A DNA stretch of 64,000 bases from Alphaproteobacteria bacterium UBA830 (lineage in GTDB: Bacteria > Pseudomonadota > Alphaproteobacteria > MPNO01 > UBA830). The position numbers were made by a program, and so were the translations under genes. The notes beneath the pieces are model-generated. The model saw only the letters and a program-made list of their open reading frames with translations. It had not been told where the DNA came from and did no database searches. The DNA lies in NCBI GenBank assembly GCA_002295635.1, contig DBHK01000027.1, forward strand, positions 5,920-69,919, written 5' to 3'. The first letter of the stretch is position 1. Every line of letters starts with the position of its first letter. Shown one piece after another: positions 1-8,175 of the stretch.

Positions 1-1699
1 CTTTTGAAAATAGTTGGGGATCGGCCAGTATGCTACGGTGAGTGTCAATTTGTGACTGTAATTCATCAATTTTCCCGGGTAGGTTTTCGAGTTCATGCTT
101 GTCCTTGAAGGTCAGTTTTTTGGCCGTTGACGCTGTGGGATTTAGGCAGGTCGATGCCACTGGCTTAATTTTTTTTCGTGGCGATTCACTATCAGGTTTC
201 TCAGCTGTTAGATCACTACCCCGCTGGCTTAGCATGTCGCTGTAGCCACCAGCATATTCCGTCCATTTCCCGTTTCCTTCTCCGGCGATGATCGACGTGA
301 CTACCCGGTCAAGAAAATCACGGTCATGGCTCACTAGTAAAACTGTACCTGTATACTCTGCTAGAAGTTCCTGAAGCAGGTCCAAGGTTTCGAGATCAAG
401 GTCGTTGGTCGGTTCATCCAGGACCAGTAGGTTGGACGGTCTGGCAAAGGCCCGGGCCAACATAATTCGACCGCGTTCTCCACCTGATAGAACGGAAACC
501 GGTGACCGCGCCTGGTTTGGCGTGAAAAGAAAATCCTTCATATAACCGATTACGTGGCGCGATTGACCATTAATGGTAACCTTGTCGCCACCCCCGGTCA
601 TCGCATATGCCAATGTGTCAGTCGGGTTGAGTTTTTTTCGTTGCTGATCGAGATTTTCGATTTCGAGGTTCTTACCCAGTCGAATATTCCCTGCATCCGG
701 CTCCAGCTCACCCGTTAGAAGTTTTAGTAACGTAGTCTTTCCTGCTCCATTAGGGCCAACTATTCCAACCCGGTCGCCTCGGGCTATCAGTGTAGAAAAG
801 CGGTCAACAATGACTCGGTCACCGAAAGATTTAGAGACTTCTTTAGCTTGGCCAACCCGTTTCCCCGAAATCTCTGCTTCTGATACAACCATGTTGCCAA
901 CACCAGTCGGGCCATGATCGCTGCGGCGTTTGGTGCGCAGGTCGATTAGCGCGCGCAGGCGTCCCATATTTCGCTTCCGCCTTGCCGTAACGCCCTTATG
1001 CAGCCAATCGGTTTCAGCCGCGATCTTTCGGTCAAGTTTATGTCGTTCTAGCGCTTCGCTTTCGAGAAATTTTTCGCGCCAGGATTCGAAATCTCTAAAC
1101 CCCCTATCAATCCGGTGTGTCCGGCCCTGATTGATCCATAACGTGGAGTTGGAGAGTTTTTCGAGGAACCGTCTATCATGGCTGATTAGGACTAATGCGG
1201 ATCGGATTCTTGAAAGTTCCTCTTCTAACCATTCAATGACTGGCAGATCTAGATGGTTGGTTGGTTCATCCAGAAGCAGTATATCGGGTTGCGGTGCAAG
1301 CGCGCGCGCCAGTGCTGCCCGACGCACTTCGCCGCCTGACAGGTTGGCGGTGTTGGCAGAGCGCAAAAGCCCGAGCCGGTCGACCAACATATTTGCGCGA
1401 TTCGGATCGTCACCACCTTCTAATCCGCTACGAACATAATCGGCGATGGTCTCGAAACCGGATGGGTCTGGTTCCTGCGGCAGGTAACGCAGGGTTGCAC
1501 CTGGCTGAACGAATCGTTCTCCATCGTCTGCCTCTATCTCGCCGGTGGCTATTTTCAGTAGCGTCGACTTACCCGAGCCGTTTCGTCCGACCAGGCACAG
1601 CCGTTCCCCGTCTGAGATGGATAATTCCGCGCCCTCAAGCAGCGGTGTTCCGCCGAAAGTTAGGTGAATATCGCGTAGTAGTAGAAGCGGTGGCGCCAA
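1..1699 (-). CDS. ABC-F family ATPase (Uup/EttA-like, two ABC domains plus C-terminal coiled-coil); C-terminus runs off the window start
   Basis: The minus-strand translation has two Walker A motifs (GRNGSGKST and GPNGAGKTT) and two ABC signatures (LSGGEVRR and LSGGERGRI). It also has a linker and a coiled-coil tail. The open frame contains no ATG or GTG; the only usable start is TTG at 1697-1699, just after an in-frame TAA. The gene is absent from the ORF track because it is truncated by the window edge. Confidence 0.85.
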   Translation of the reverse strand, partial: MAPPLLLLRDIHLTFGGTPLLEGAELSISDGERLCLVGRNGSGKSTLLKIATGEIEADDGERFVQPGATLRYLPQEPDPSGFETIADYVRSGLEGGDDPNRANMLVDRLGLLRSANTANLSGGEVRRAALARALAPQPDILLLDEPTNHLDLPVIEWLEEELSRIRSALVLISHDRRFLEKLSNSTLWINQGRTHRIDRGFRDFESWREKFLESEALERHKLDRKIAAETDWLHKGVTARRKRNMGRLRALIDLRTKRRSDHGPTGVGNMVVSEAEISGKRVGQAKEVSKSFGDRVIVDRFSTLIARGDRVGIVGPNGAGKTTLLKLLTGELEPDAGNIRLGKNLEIENLDQQRKKLNPTDTLAYAMTGGGDKVTINGQSRHVIGYMKDFLFTPNQARSPVSVLSGGERGRIMLARAFARPSNLLVLDEPTNDLDLETLDLLQELLAEYTGTVLLVSHDRDFLDRVVTSIIAGEGNGKWTEYAGGYSDMLSQRGSDLTAEKPDSESPRKKIKPVASTCLNPTASTAKKLTFKDKHELENLPGKIDELQSQIDTHRSILADPQLFSK

Positions 1700-1781
1700 T
1701 TGGACAAATCCAGTCGTTTACAGCTATGCACTATTATAAATTCACCGCAGCAAGATATTGCCTATGAGCGGGATAAGAACT

Positions 1782-3260
1782 CTACCGATACTTTTCCGGC
1801 AGGTGCTTTGCATACTTGGCACGGATACGATCGTCGAGTTCTTGCGAAGATCGCGCAACAGCCGGGAAATCATCGCGTTTTCGGAAAGGGATGCAAGCAT
1901 CAACGACGACACGTGAATTACGGCGGTCGTGATCATCGTCGTAGCACATCGGATCCAGGTGGGTGCTCCAGCAACCGTTTATAATATCTATTCCTTCTCG
2001 CGGGTCATGGCGTGTGCACATTGCCCAGACCACGTCATTCATATTCGCTGGATCTATATCGTCATCCACCACCACTACCCAGCGGTTTGCGTAGGCGCCA
2101 GCGTGGCATTGCGATGCGACTAGTCCTACCTGTTTCGAATGGCCACCATACATCTGTTTGATCGAAACTGTTAGCCACATACGGCTACCGCCTGCTTCAT
2201 GCGCGTAGACACCCTGGACGCCGGGAATACCGGCGGCTTCCAGCTGGTTCCAGACGGCGGCAGCACGGTATGCTCCCATATAGTAAGTGTTGTCATTAGG
2301 TGGAACTGCCGGAATCGCGCCGGTAATAACCGGATTGTCCCGGTGCATAAGTGTTTCGATTCGGATCGCTGGTTCTGGTCGCTGACCGCCAGCATAATAT
2401 CCAGTCCATTCGCCAAGCGGGCCTTCAAGAATCTCGTCATCGACGTCGATGAAGCCCTCGAACGCGATCTCGGCACTGGCGGGAACCGGAAGCCCTGTAG
2501 TTGGCATGTTTATAACTTCTACGCTCTCTCCGAAGATGCCGCCCACTACATCCAATTCGTTAGTTTCATAGGGTACTTCAAACCCCCCGATCATAAACAT
2601 CACTGGGTGGACACCCGCCACCACAGCGACCGGACATTTCTCGCCTCTATCATGATATTTTTTCATGAGGAGACGGGCATGTTTACCGGGAGACATCATC
2701 ACGGTAGCGACGCGAGGTTCATGCGCCTGAACTCGATAAGTACCGTAATTTACCCATCCAGTATCTGGGTCTCGCATAGCCACTATGCAGCCAGTACCAA
2801 TGAAGTTTCCGCCATCGTGTTCATGCCATTTGGGCGACGGTAGGCTCTGGATATTAACAGCTTCTCCTTCTGTGACGTTCTCGACGAGCGGTCCTCCGTT
2901 AACTTCTACCGGCCGATGAGCTGGCGCCTCACCTAGGTAGTGGCGCCACCACCTGATCAAGTCTTCTTCGGTTGCTTCAGGAGGAAGGCCCAGCGCTATC
3001 GCACAACGCGGGCGAGACATGATGATATTGGCAAGGACACGGTGGCCATTGGGGAAGCCGGGAACGTCGTCGAATAACAGCGCCGGATTATCAAGGTCGC
3101 GCATAAAAATATCAACGAGGCCGCCAATATCCTCTTCGGTTTCGGCACCACTTATTCTCTCTAACTCGCCAATTTTATCGATTTCATCGAGAAAATTACG
3201 AAGATCTTTATTTGCCACGTCTAGTCTCCCTACGCTTAGCGCTGTCATCTTACCAGACAA
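1782..3260 (-). CDS. UbiD-family (prFMN-dependent) aromatic acid decarboxylase
   Basis: 492 aa. The N-terminus has the NKDLRNFLDEIDKIGEL motif typical of UbiD/VdcC-like decarboxylases, and length and overall layout fit the family. Confidence 0.85.
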   Translation of the reverse strand: MSGKMTALSVGRLDVANKDLRNFLDEIDKIGELERISGAETEEDIGGLVDIFMRDLDNPALLFDDVPGFPNGHRVLANIIMSRPRCAIALGLPPEATEEDLIRWWRHYLGEAPAHRPVEVNGGPLVENVTEGEAVNIQSLPSPKWHEHDGGNFIGTGCIVAMRDPDTGWVNYGTYRVQAHEPRVATVMMSPGKHARLLMKKYHDRGEKCPVAVVAGVHPVMFMIGGFEVPYETNELDVVGGIFGESVEVINMPTTGLPVPASAEIAFEGFIDVDDEILEGPLGEWTGYYAGGQRPEPAIRIETLMHRDNPVITGAIPAVPPNDNTYYMGAYRAAAVWNQLEAAGIPGVQGVYAHEAGGSRMWLTVSIKQMYGGHSKQVGLVASQCHAGAYANRWVVVVDDDIDPANMNDVVWAMCTRHDPREGIDIINGCWSTHLDPMCYDDDHDRRNSRVVVDACIPFRKRDDFPAVARSSQELDDRIRAKYAKHLPEKYR

Positions 3261-3295
3261 TTGAATCTTCAGAGCCTGCGGTCAAGGCGTGTTAA

Positions 3296-4144
3296 TCAGG
3301 TATGCCAATCGGTTATGGTAAGACGACGCAAAAGCCTCTCCTCTCCCTCTGGAAAATCTGTGCGAGCATGGTTCAGGCATCGATTATCCCAGATTAAGAG
3401 ATCTCGGGCTTTCCATTTGTGGGAGTATACAAAATCAGGATTTTCAGCGTGATCGAACAAAATGTTAAGTAGATCATCGCTCTCATCTCGCTTCATACCG
3501 ATGACGTGGCGCGTCATTAAACGGCTCAGATATAATGATTTACGGTTGGTCACCGGGTGCAACTTAACAAGGCCGTGGGTCGCAGCAGATGTGTCTGGTT
3601 CAGTTTCCTCGGTGGTTTCCTCGCGAAAGGTGTCGTCGTAGCCGTAGAGGTTTCTGACCTGTAATTGGTCAATACGGCTTTTTAGATCTTCATCTAACGC
3701 GTCGTAAGCCATGGCTAGGTTGGCAAACAATGTATCCCCGCCGCGGGATGGCAATTTTATTGCGTAAAGTGTGGTCGCGGCATAGGGCGTATCCCTGTGT
3801 GCGCCATCGGAATGAAATTGCATTTCGCCGTCCGGCAAAGACCCGATAGGCTCACCGTTTTTCCGGATATTACTGACCAGCATTACACCACGATTTCTGA
3901 CTTCTCCCCCCCCATAACCGGATCGAACTCGATATCCTGAATCTACCGGCCCGAAAAGGTCACCAAACCTGATCTGATCGGACGCCGTCAGCTTTTGACC
4001 TCGAATGCATAGAATTGAGTTCTTGTAGAAAGTTTCTCTAATCAATCCCGCAGTGTCATCATCCACTGGTCTTGTTAGATCCACGCCTTCTACCACCGAA
4101 CCGACTATGTTACTCAGAGGTTTAATATTTATCGTTGAAGACAT
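3296..4144 (-). CDS. TauD/TfdA-family Fe(II)/2-oxoglutarate-dependent dioxygenase
   Basis: 282 aa. Putative HxD...H iron-binding residues (HSDGAH...) and overall similarity to taurine dioxygenase-like proteins. Confidence 0.8.
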   Translation of the reverse strand: MSSTINIKPLSNIVGSVVEGVDLTRPVDDDTAGLIRETFYKNSILCIRGQKLTASDQIRFGDLFGPVDSGYRVRSGYGGGEVRNRGVMLVSNIRKNGEPIGSLPDGEMQFHSDGAHRDTPYAATTLYAIKLPSRGGDTLFANLAMAYDALDEDLKSRIDQLQVRNLYGYDDTFREETTEETEPDTSAATHGLVKLHPVTNRKSLYLSRLMTRHVIGMKRDESDDLLNILFDHAENPDFVYSHKWKARDLLIWDNRCLNHARTDFPEGEERLLRRLTITDWHT

Positions 4145-4228
4145 TGTAGAAAACTATGTACCGGCAAGATGATCCCTGTCAAAAGGGAATTTGAAGACAA
4201 ACCGAATACACACAAAGGGATCAAGCCT

Positions 4229-5122
4229 ATGACGAGTTTCAGGTTGCTGAATTATGCGGGTATTGAGGGTGAGCCTCGCCCCGGGATTGTAGTCGGCGAT
4301 TCAGTCATCGATCTTAGTTCCGCAGGTATGAGTGGATCCACATATGAAATGCTTCAGAATTGGGATGCCAATCACGAGAAATTGGTGAAAATCGCTGGTG
4401 ATGCCGAGTTGCACGAGCAGTATCCTCTATCGGATACTGACCTTCTTGCCCCCATTCTATATCCGCCGATCGTATACAATGCCGCTGCCAATTACATTGA
4501 TCACCAAAAGGAAATGTCAGGCGGGAAGCAGCTCGTAAAGGAAGATACCCATCCCTATTTTTTTCTTAAAGCCGGGCCGCATTGCATTATAGGCCCAGGA
4601 GCCGATATCCGATTGCCGGCTGTATCAGATTTTATTGATTGGGAGGCGGAACTAGCGGTCGTGATTGGAAAGCCCGCCCGGAATATTAAGGCGAAAAATG
4701 CCTCACAATACATTGCCGGTTATACCATCTTCAACGACCTGTCGGCGCGTGACATGAAACCCGTTGGGCGGACATTCAACGTGCACTGGTTTGCCCACAA
4801 GAATTTTGATGGTTCTGGTCCGATGGGTCCATGGATGGTGCCCGCCTCGGATATTCCCGATCCACATAATTTAGATATCAAGCTTTGGTTGAACGATGAA
4901 CTGAAGCAGGACTCAAACTCAAAATACTTGTTCTTCAATATCTTCGAGCAGATCGAATACATTTCTGCTCGTATGACTATGCGCCCTGGCGATATAATTG
5001 CCACTGGAACGCCATCCGGTGTAGGGGCCCCCTATGGGGGGCGTTTGAAACCAGGCGATACGGTGACGATAGAAATTGGCGGAATCGGAAAGTTGGTCAA
5101 TCCGGTAGTGCAGGGGGACTGA
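4229..5122 (+). CDS. Fumarylacetoacetate hydrolase (FAH) family protein (hydratase/decarboxylase type)
   Basis: The C-terminal FAH-domain region is recognisable (GTPSGVGAPYGGRLKPGDTVTIEIGGIG). Start chosen at MTSFRLLNY (AAGGGA SD upstream) rather than the upstream ATG at 4169. Confidence 0.75.
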   Translation: MTSFRLLNYAGIEGEPRPGIVVGDSVIDLSSAGMSGSTYEMLQNWDANHEKLVKIAGDAELHEQYPLSDTDLLAPILYPPIVYNAAANYIDHQKEMSGGKQLVKEDTHPYFFLKAGPHCIIGPGADIRLPAVSDFIDWEAELAVVIGKPARNIKAKNASQYIAGYTIFNDLSARDMKPVGRTFNVHWFAHKNFDGSGPMGPWMVPASDIPDPHNLDIKLWLNDELKQDSNSKYLFFNIFEQIEYISARMTMRPGDIIATGTPSGVGAPYGGRLKPGDTVTIEIGGIGKLVNPVVQGD

Positions 5123-5131
5123 ACCTCACTT

Positions 5132-5503
5132 CTAAATAATCGTAGCGGATTGATCCGAATAGTTTATCCTGACATTAAAGCTTCCTTCGTTCATAGACCA
5201 ATTCCAAATGTCGAATTCGCGTAGGCCGGCGGCATGGAGGGGATCCTTCATCGCGATTTCATGCGCGTGTTCGAACGAGTCCGCACGAACTATGATCATG
5301 CCGGTACGCACCTTATCTTCATCCTGCGTTTCCATTGGCCCAGCGGCAAACAGGATTCCTTGTCGTTCTAGTTCCACCTGACGTTCTAGATGTTGTGGCA
5401 AAAGCTCCATTATTTTGTCTTTTGGCGCGGTCGGCCGAGTGAAGATGACATATAAACCTTTCAGCGGTATATCCTTGGTTTTTGGTGTTTTTGTGATCGC
5501 CAT
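5132..5503 (-). CDS. YciI-like / Dabb-type small protein
   Basis: 123 aa. YciI-like ferredoxin-like fold signature (LLPQHLERQVELERQGILFAAGP). Confidence 0.6.
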   Translation of the reverse strand: MAITKTPKTKDIPLKGLYVIFTRPTAPKDKIMELLPQHLERQVELERQGILFAAGPMETQDEDKVRTGMIIVRADSFEHAHEIAMKDPLHAAGLREFDIWNWSMNEGSFNVRINYSDQSATII

Positions 5504-5685
5504 TTAGGACCTTTCTTTTTGTTGGTGGCCTAGACTATTAATGCCATTCAAGGGAATGCATCTGGTGAAGCTGGGTGCCTTAGTCGAACTTGGACCGGTG
5601 ACGTAAACACCGGTACCGACTTCCAAAGCAATTGTTACTGTGCAGCAGATGGCGCGGGTGCGAGGATTGACCTAAGCCTGTGGTA

Positions 5686-6729
5686 TTATCTATCCAATGT
5701 GTTTGGTGAGAATACTTCGCTGAGATCAAGTTTCCGCGGAGTTAGACCCTGTTCATAAGAATAAAGTGTAATGGCTTCGAGTTCTTCGCGGTTGGCAATA
5801 ACACCCTGCCGGACCAACGGGGTACGCAAGGCGGCCTCCGCCTCCCGAGGCAAGAGCCCAGTTTCAAGGTGGTCCATAACCATGGACATGCGCTGATTCT
5901 CCACATATTCAGTTGCTTCCTCGAACGCCTTGAATATGTTTAGGATTACCCAAGGATGTTCCTCCGCAAATTTTCGCTTAATCACCATTCCGTGATTTAT
6001 GGGATAAAGGTTATTTTTAGCGTAGTAGCGTTTTCCTTCGGCATAAGGGTCAGGGAAGAGTGGTGCGAAATCCGGGTGATTGTGGAGATCGGCGGTACTC
6101 CGGTCGACAAGGTTTCCACCTGGTAGATAGAGCAGTGTCGCATCTAGTTCTTTGGCAAGAAGCATCTCGCCCATGTTAGTCTCAGCGGGTATGCGGTGCA
6201 CCTTGACGCCATCGGGCGGCTCGAAACCTGTAGAACCTCCGTGACTTATATCTGGTGTACGTTCCATCCAGAATTCCATGTCCTTCGGAGCAACCCCAAA
6301 TTCATGTTCGAGAATACCGCGAGACCAAAGCGCTGCAGTCTGCTGGTACTCCGGTACGCCAACTCTTTTGCCGGCGAGATCTTCAGGTCTTTGGATCCCG
6401 GAATCCTTCCGGATCAAAATCCAATTCTGGAAAAAATAATGCGTCGAGAAGATCGGCAGGCCAATGAAACGGTCGTCGCCGCTCGCAATTGCCATCAGAA
6501 GCGACGACATCGACATTTCCGATATGTCGAATTCAGAGAACTTAAGCTGCCGCCAAAAAAGTTCAGACGGGTGAAGTTCCACGGGTGCTAGATCGATCCC
6601 CTCGGCATTAAACATTCCGTCGAGTATCGGCCGTGTTCGGAGATTTGGTGTTAGGGCAATACTTAATGACAACCCTTGTCCACTACCACCGCGAGTTCGC
6701 GCCTTAATTGTCTCGGGTCCCATTGATGA
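5686..6729 (-). CDS. NMT1/THI5-like (SsuA/DszB-type periplasmic-binding-fold) cytoplasmic protein
   Basis: Start trimmed to MSSMGPETIK. The longer ORF start at 6870 would overlap the upstream aldolase gene. No signal peptide, so an enzyme role (desulfinase/THI5-like) is more likely than a transport binding protein. Confidence 0.6.
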   Translation of the reverse strand, partial: SSMGPETIKARTRGGSGQGLSLSIALTPNLRTRPILDGMFNAEGIDLAPVELHPSELFWRQLKFSEFDISEMSMSSLLMAIASGDDRFIGLPIFSTHYFFQNWILIRKDSGIQRPEDLAGKRVGVPEYQQTAALWSRGILEHEFGVAPKDMEFWMERTPDISHGGSTGFEPPDGVKVHRIPAETNMGEMLLAKELDATLLYLPGGNLVDRSTADLHNHPDFAPLFPDPYAEGKRYYAKNNLYPINHGMVIKRKFAEEHPWVILNIFKAFEEATEYVENQRMSMVMDHLETGLLPREAEAALRTPLVRQGVIANREELEAITLYSYEQGLTPRKLDLSEVFSPNTLDR

Positions 6730-6748
6730 CATCTTCTTGCTCTCCAAA

Positions 6749-7462
6749 TTACGAATTCTTAGTAGCGCGACGGCACCAGACTTCCCAAGCCCGATCAAGA
6801 CTAATCGGCGCCTGCTGCATACTCGTACACTCCTCGATTTCGATATCCGTAAGGAAGTCAGGCTCGCCAATCATCATGGTTTGAAGTTGTAGTTTAGCGT
6901 TTACCTGCAGATAAATTGCCTTCATCACTGTCTCTTCTACAGTGGCTCCCGTCACGACACAGCCGTGGCGTTTCATCAATGCGATCATACCGCTTCCTAG
7001 TGAAGCCGCCAGGTCTCGGCCCTGTTCCATGGTTACGACAAGATGGTTGGTTTCACCGAATTTATCGCGCATATCCCATACCGGGATGTTCTTTCCGATG
7101 GGGGCGCAAGTGTGTGTGACCGGGCGGAGCGGCGTGCCAGTTGAGGCAAAGGGGATCACTTCGTACGAATGATTATGAATTACCACGTTTACATCTGGCC
7201 GCTGCTCATAAATTGCCCCATGGATCATTCGCTCGCTATAAGGCCGTCGGTCGCCGGCATCGATGGCTTCGCCGTCTAGCCGATAAGTGACTATATCGTC
7301 TGTCTCTATTAGTTCCGGCGCCCGGGCACGCGACAGGAGATATTTCTCCCGATCGCCGGGGTGTCGAAAGCTAATGTGGCCGTATGCGTCAACTACTTCT
7401 TCGTGCGCAAGTATGTGATTGGCGACGACGATATTGTTTAACGTTCCGGCGTCTACATTCAT
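6749..7462 (-). CDS. Class II aldolase/adducin-family protein
   Basis: Start at MNVDAGTLNN. HNHS motif and overall fuculose-phosphate-aldolase-like layout. Confidence 0.8.
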   Translation of the reverse strand: MNVDAGTLNNIVVANHILAHEEVVDAYGHISFRHPGDREKYLLSRARAPELIETDDIVTYRLDGEAIDAGDRRPYSERMIHGAIYEQRPDVNVVIHNHSYEVIPFASTGTPLRPVTHTCAPIGKNIPVWDMRDKFGETNHLVVTMEQGRDLAASLGSGMIALMKRHGCVVTGATVEETVMKAIYLQVNAKLQLQTMMIGEPDFLTDIEIEECTSMQQAPISLDRAWEVWCRRATKNS

Positions 7463-7542
7463 GCGTTGTCCTTTGTTCACACTTGGGCCTTTATGGCCAA
7501 GAAGAGAAATTACAGCGATCGAAATCCCGGTATGGCCCAATA

Positions 7543-7573
7543 CGGCGGGCTGGCATTTTTATGCCGCCCGCCG
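7543..7573 (-). terminator. GC-rich hairpin downstream of the peroxiredoxin-like selenoprotein gene (candidate terminator, weak U-tract)
   Basis: On the minus-strand transcript: CGGCGGGCGGCAU-AAAAA-UGCCAGCCCGCCG, followed only by UAUU. Confidence 0.35.
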
Positions 7574-7581
7574 GATCAGAA

Positions 7582-8049
7582 TCAGCGGGATTCGTAGAAA
7601 TTGATAAGTTTGACCACGTCTTCAGCCTGCATACGACCCAATGGGCCGTCACAGTAGCTAGATGCGATAACATTGTTATCAGGGCCGAGTATAAATTCGG
7701 ACGGCTGGATGATCTGACGGCGGTCCTCCCACCAAGATCCCAAAGCGTCCGCCATATCACGACTTACACCTTCGCCAACAGGGAAGTTAACTTCGTCAGC
7801 GACCTGACTCGATTCTTCTCCCGTGTCGATACTTGCTGCGACGACAGATACACCAATCTTATCTAGTTCTGCCTTTTGGTCTGAAAAGCCGACTAACTGT
7901 CGGCGACAGTAGGGTCACCAATGACCCCGGTAAAATAGAATAACCTTATATTTTGTATCGAGGCCTCTTGGAAGGTCCATCGAACCACCCCCGACAAGAC
8001 CGAGCGTCATGTCGGGGAATGCGTCGCCTATACCAAGTTTATCGGGCAT
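7582..8049 (-). CDS. Peroxiredoxin-like (AhpC/TSA/redoxin thioredoxin-fold) SELENOPROTEIN; in-frame UGA (7915-7917) decoded as Sec in a GHW-U-PYC redox motif
   Basis: AAGGAGG lies 5 nt upstream of the ATG at 8047-8049. The translation is MPDKLGIGDAFPDMTLGLVGGGSMDLPRGLDTKYKVILFYRGHW[U]PYCRRQLVGFSDQKAELDKIGVSVVAASIDTGEESSQVADEVNFPVGEGVSRDMADALGSWWEDRRQIIQPSEFILGPDNNVIASSYCDGPLGRMQAEDVVKLINFYESR, ending at the stop at 7582-7584. The UGA sits at the position of the N-terminal Cys of the W-C-P-x-C motif in Cys homologues. A hairpin follows 10 nt downstream. Confidence 0.8.
7888..7904 (-). promoter_or_regulatory. Candidate bacterial SECIS hairpin for the peroxiredoxin-like selenoprotein
   Basis: GCCGAC-AGUUA-GUCGGC (6-bp stem, G/U-containing loop) starts 10 nt 3' of the UGA. 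The palindrome CUGUCGCCGACAG overlaps it. Confidence 0.5.
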
Positions 8050-8175
8050 ACGTCCTCCTTTTTGTCAAATAATCGCGGCAAGTTTATACTTTAATAGCCA
8101 AACTATGCATGGTGGTGTTTTCCAAAGCAACGACATAGCTGGATGTCGCCAGTTAATTTTTCTTAATGCGGGATA

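Noticed and set aside
5686-6870. Full-length 394-aa ORF for the NMT1/THI5-like gene
   Set aside because: The first 47 codons overlap the upstream aldolase gene and are Arg/Ser-rich nonsense. The internal Met at 6729 gives a start 20 bp after the aldolase stop.
7384-7866. ORFs 7384..7866 (+), 7419..7604 (+) and 7491..7760 (-) from the track
   Set aside because: They have no recognisable domains and overlap the peroxiredoxin-like selenoprotein gene in other frames. The selenoprotein frame has a perfect SD and a full redoxin domain, so these are frame shadows.
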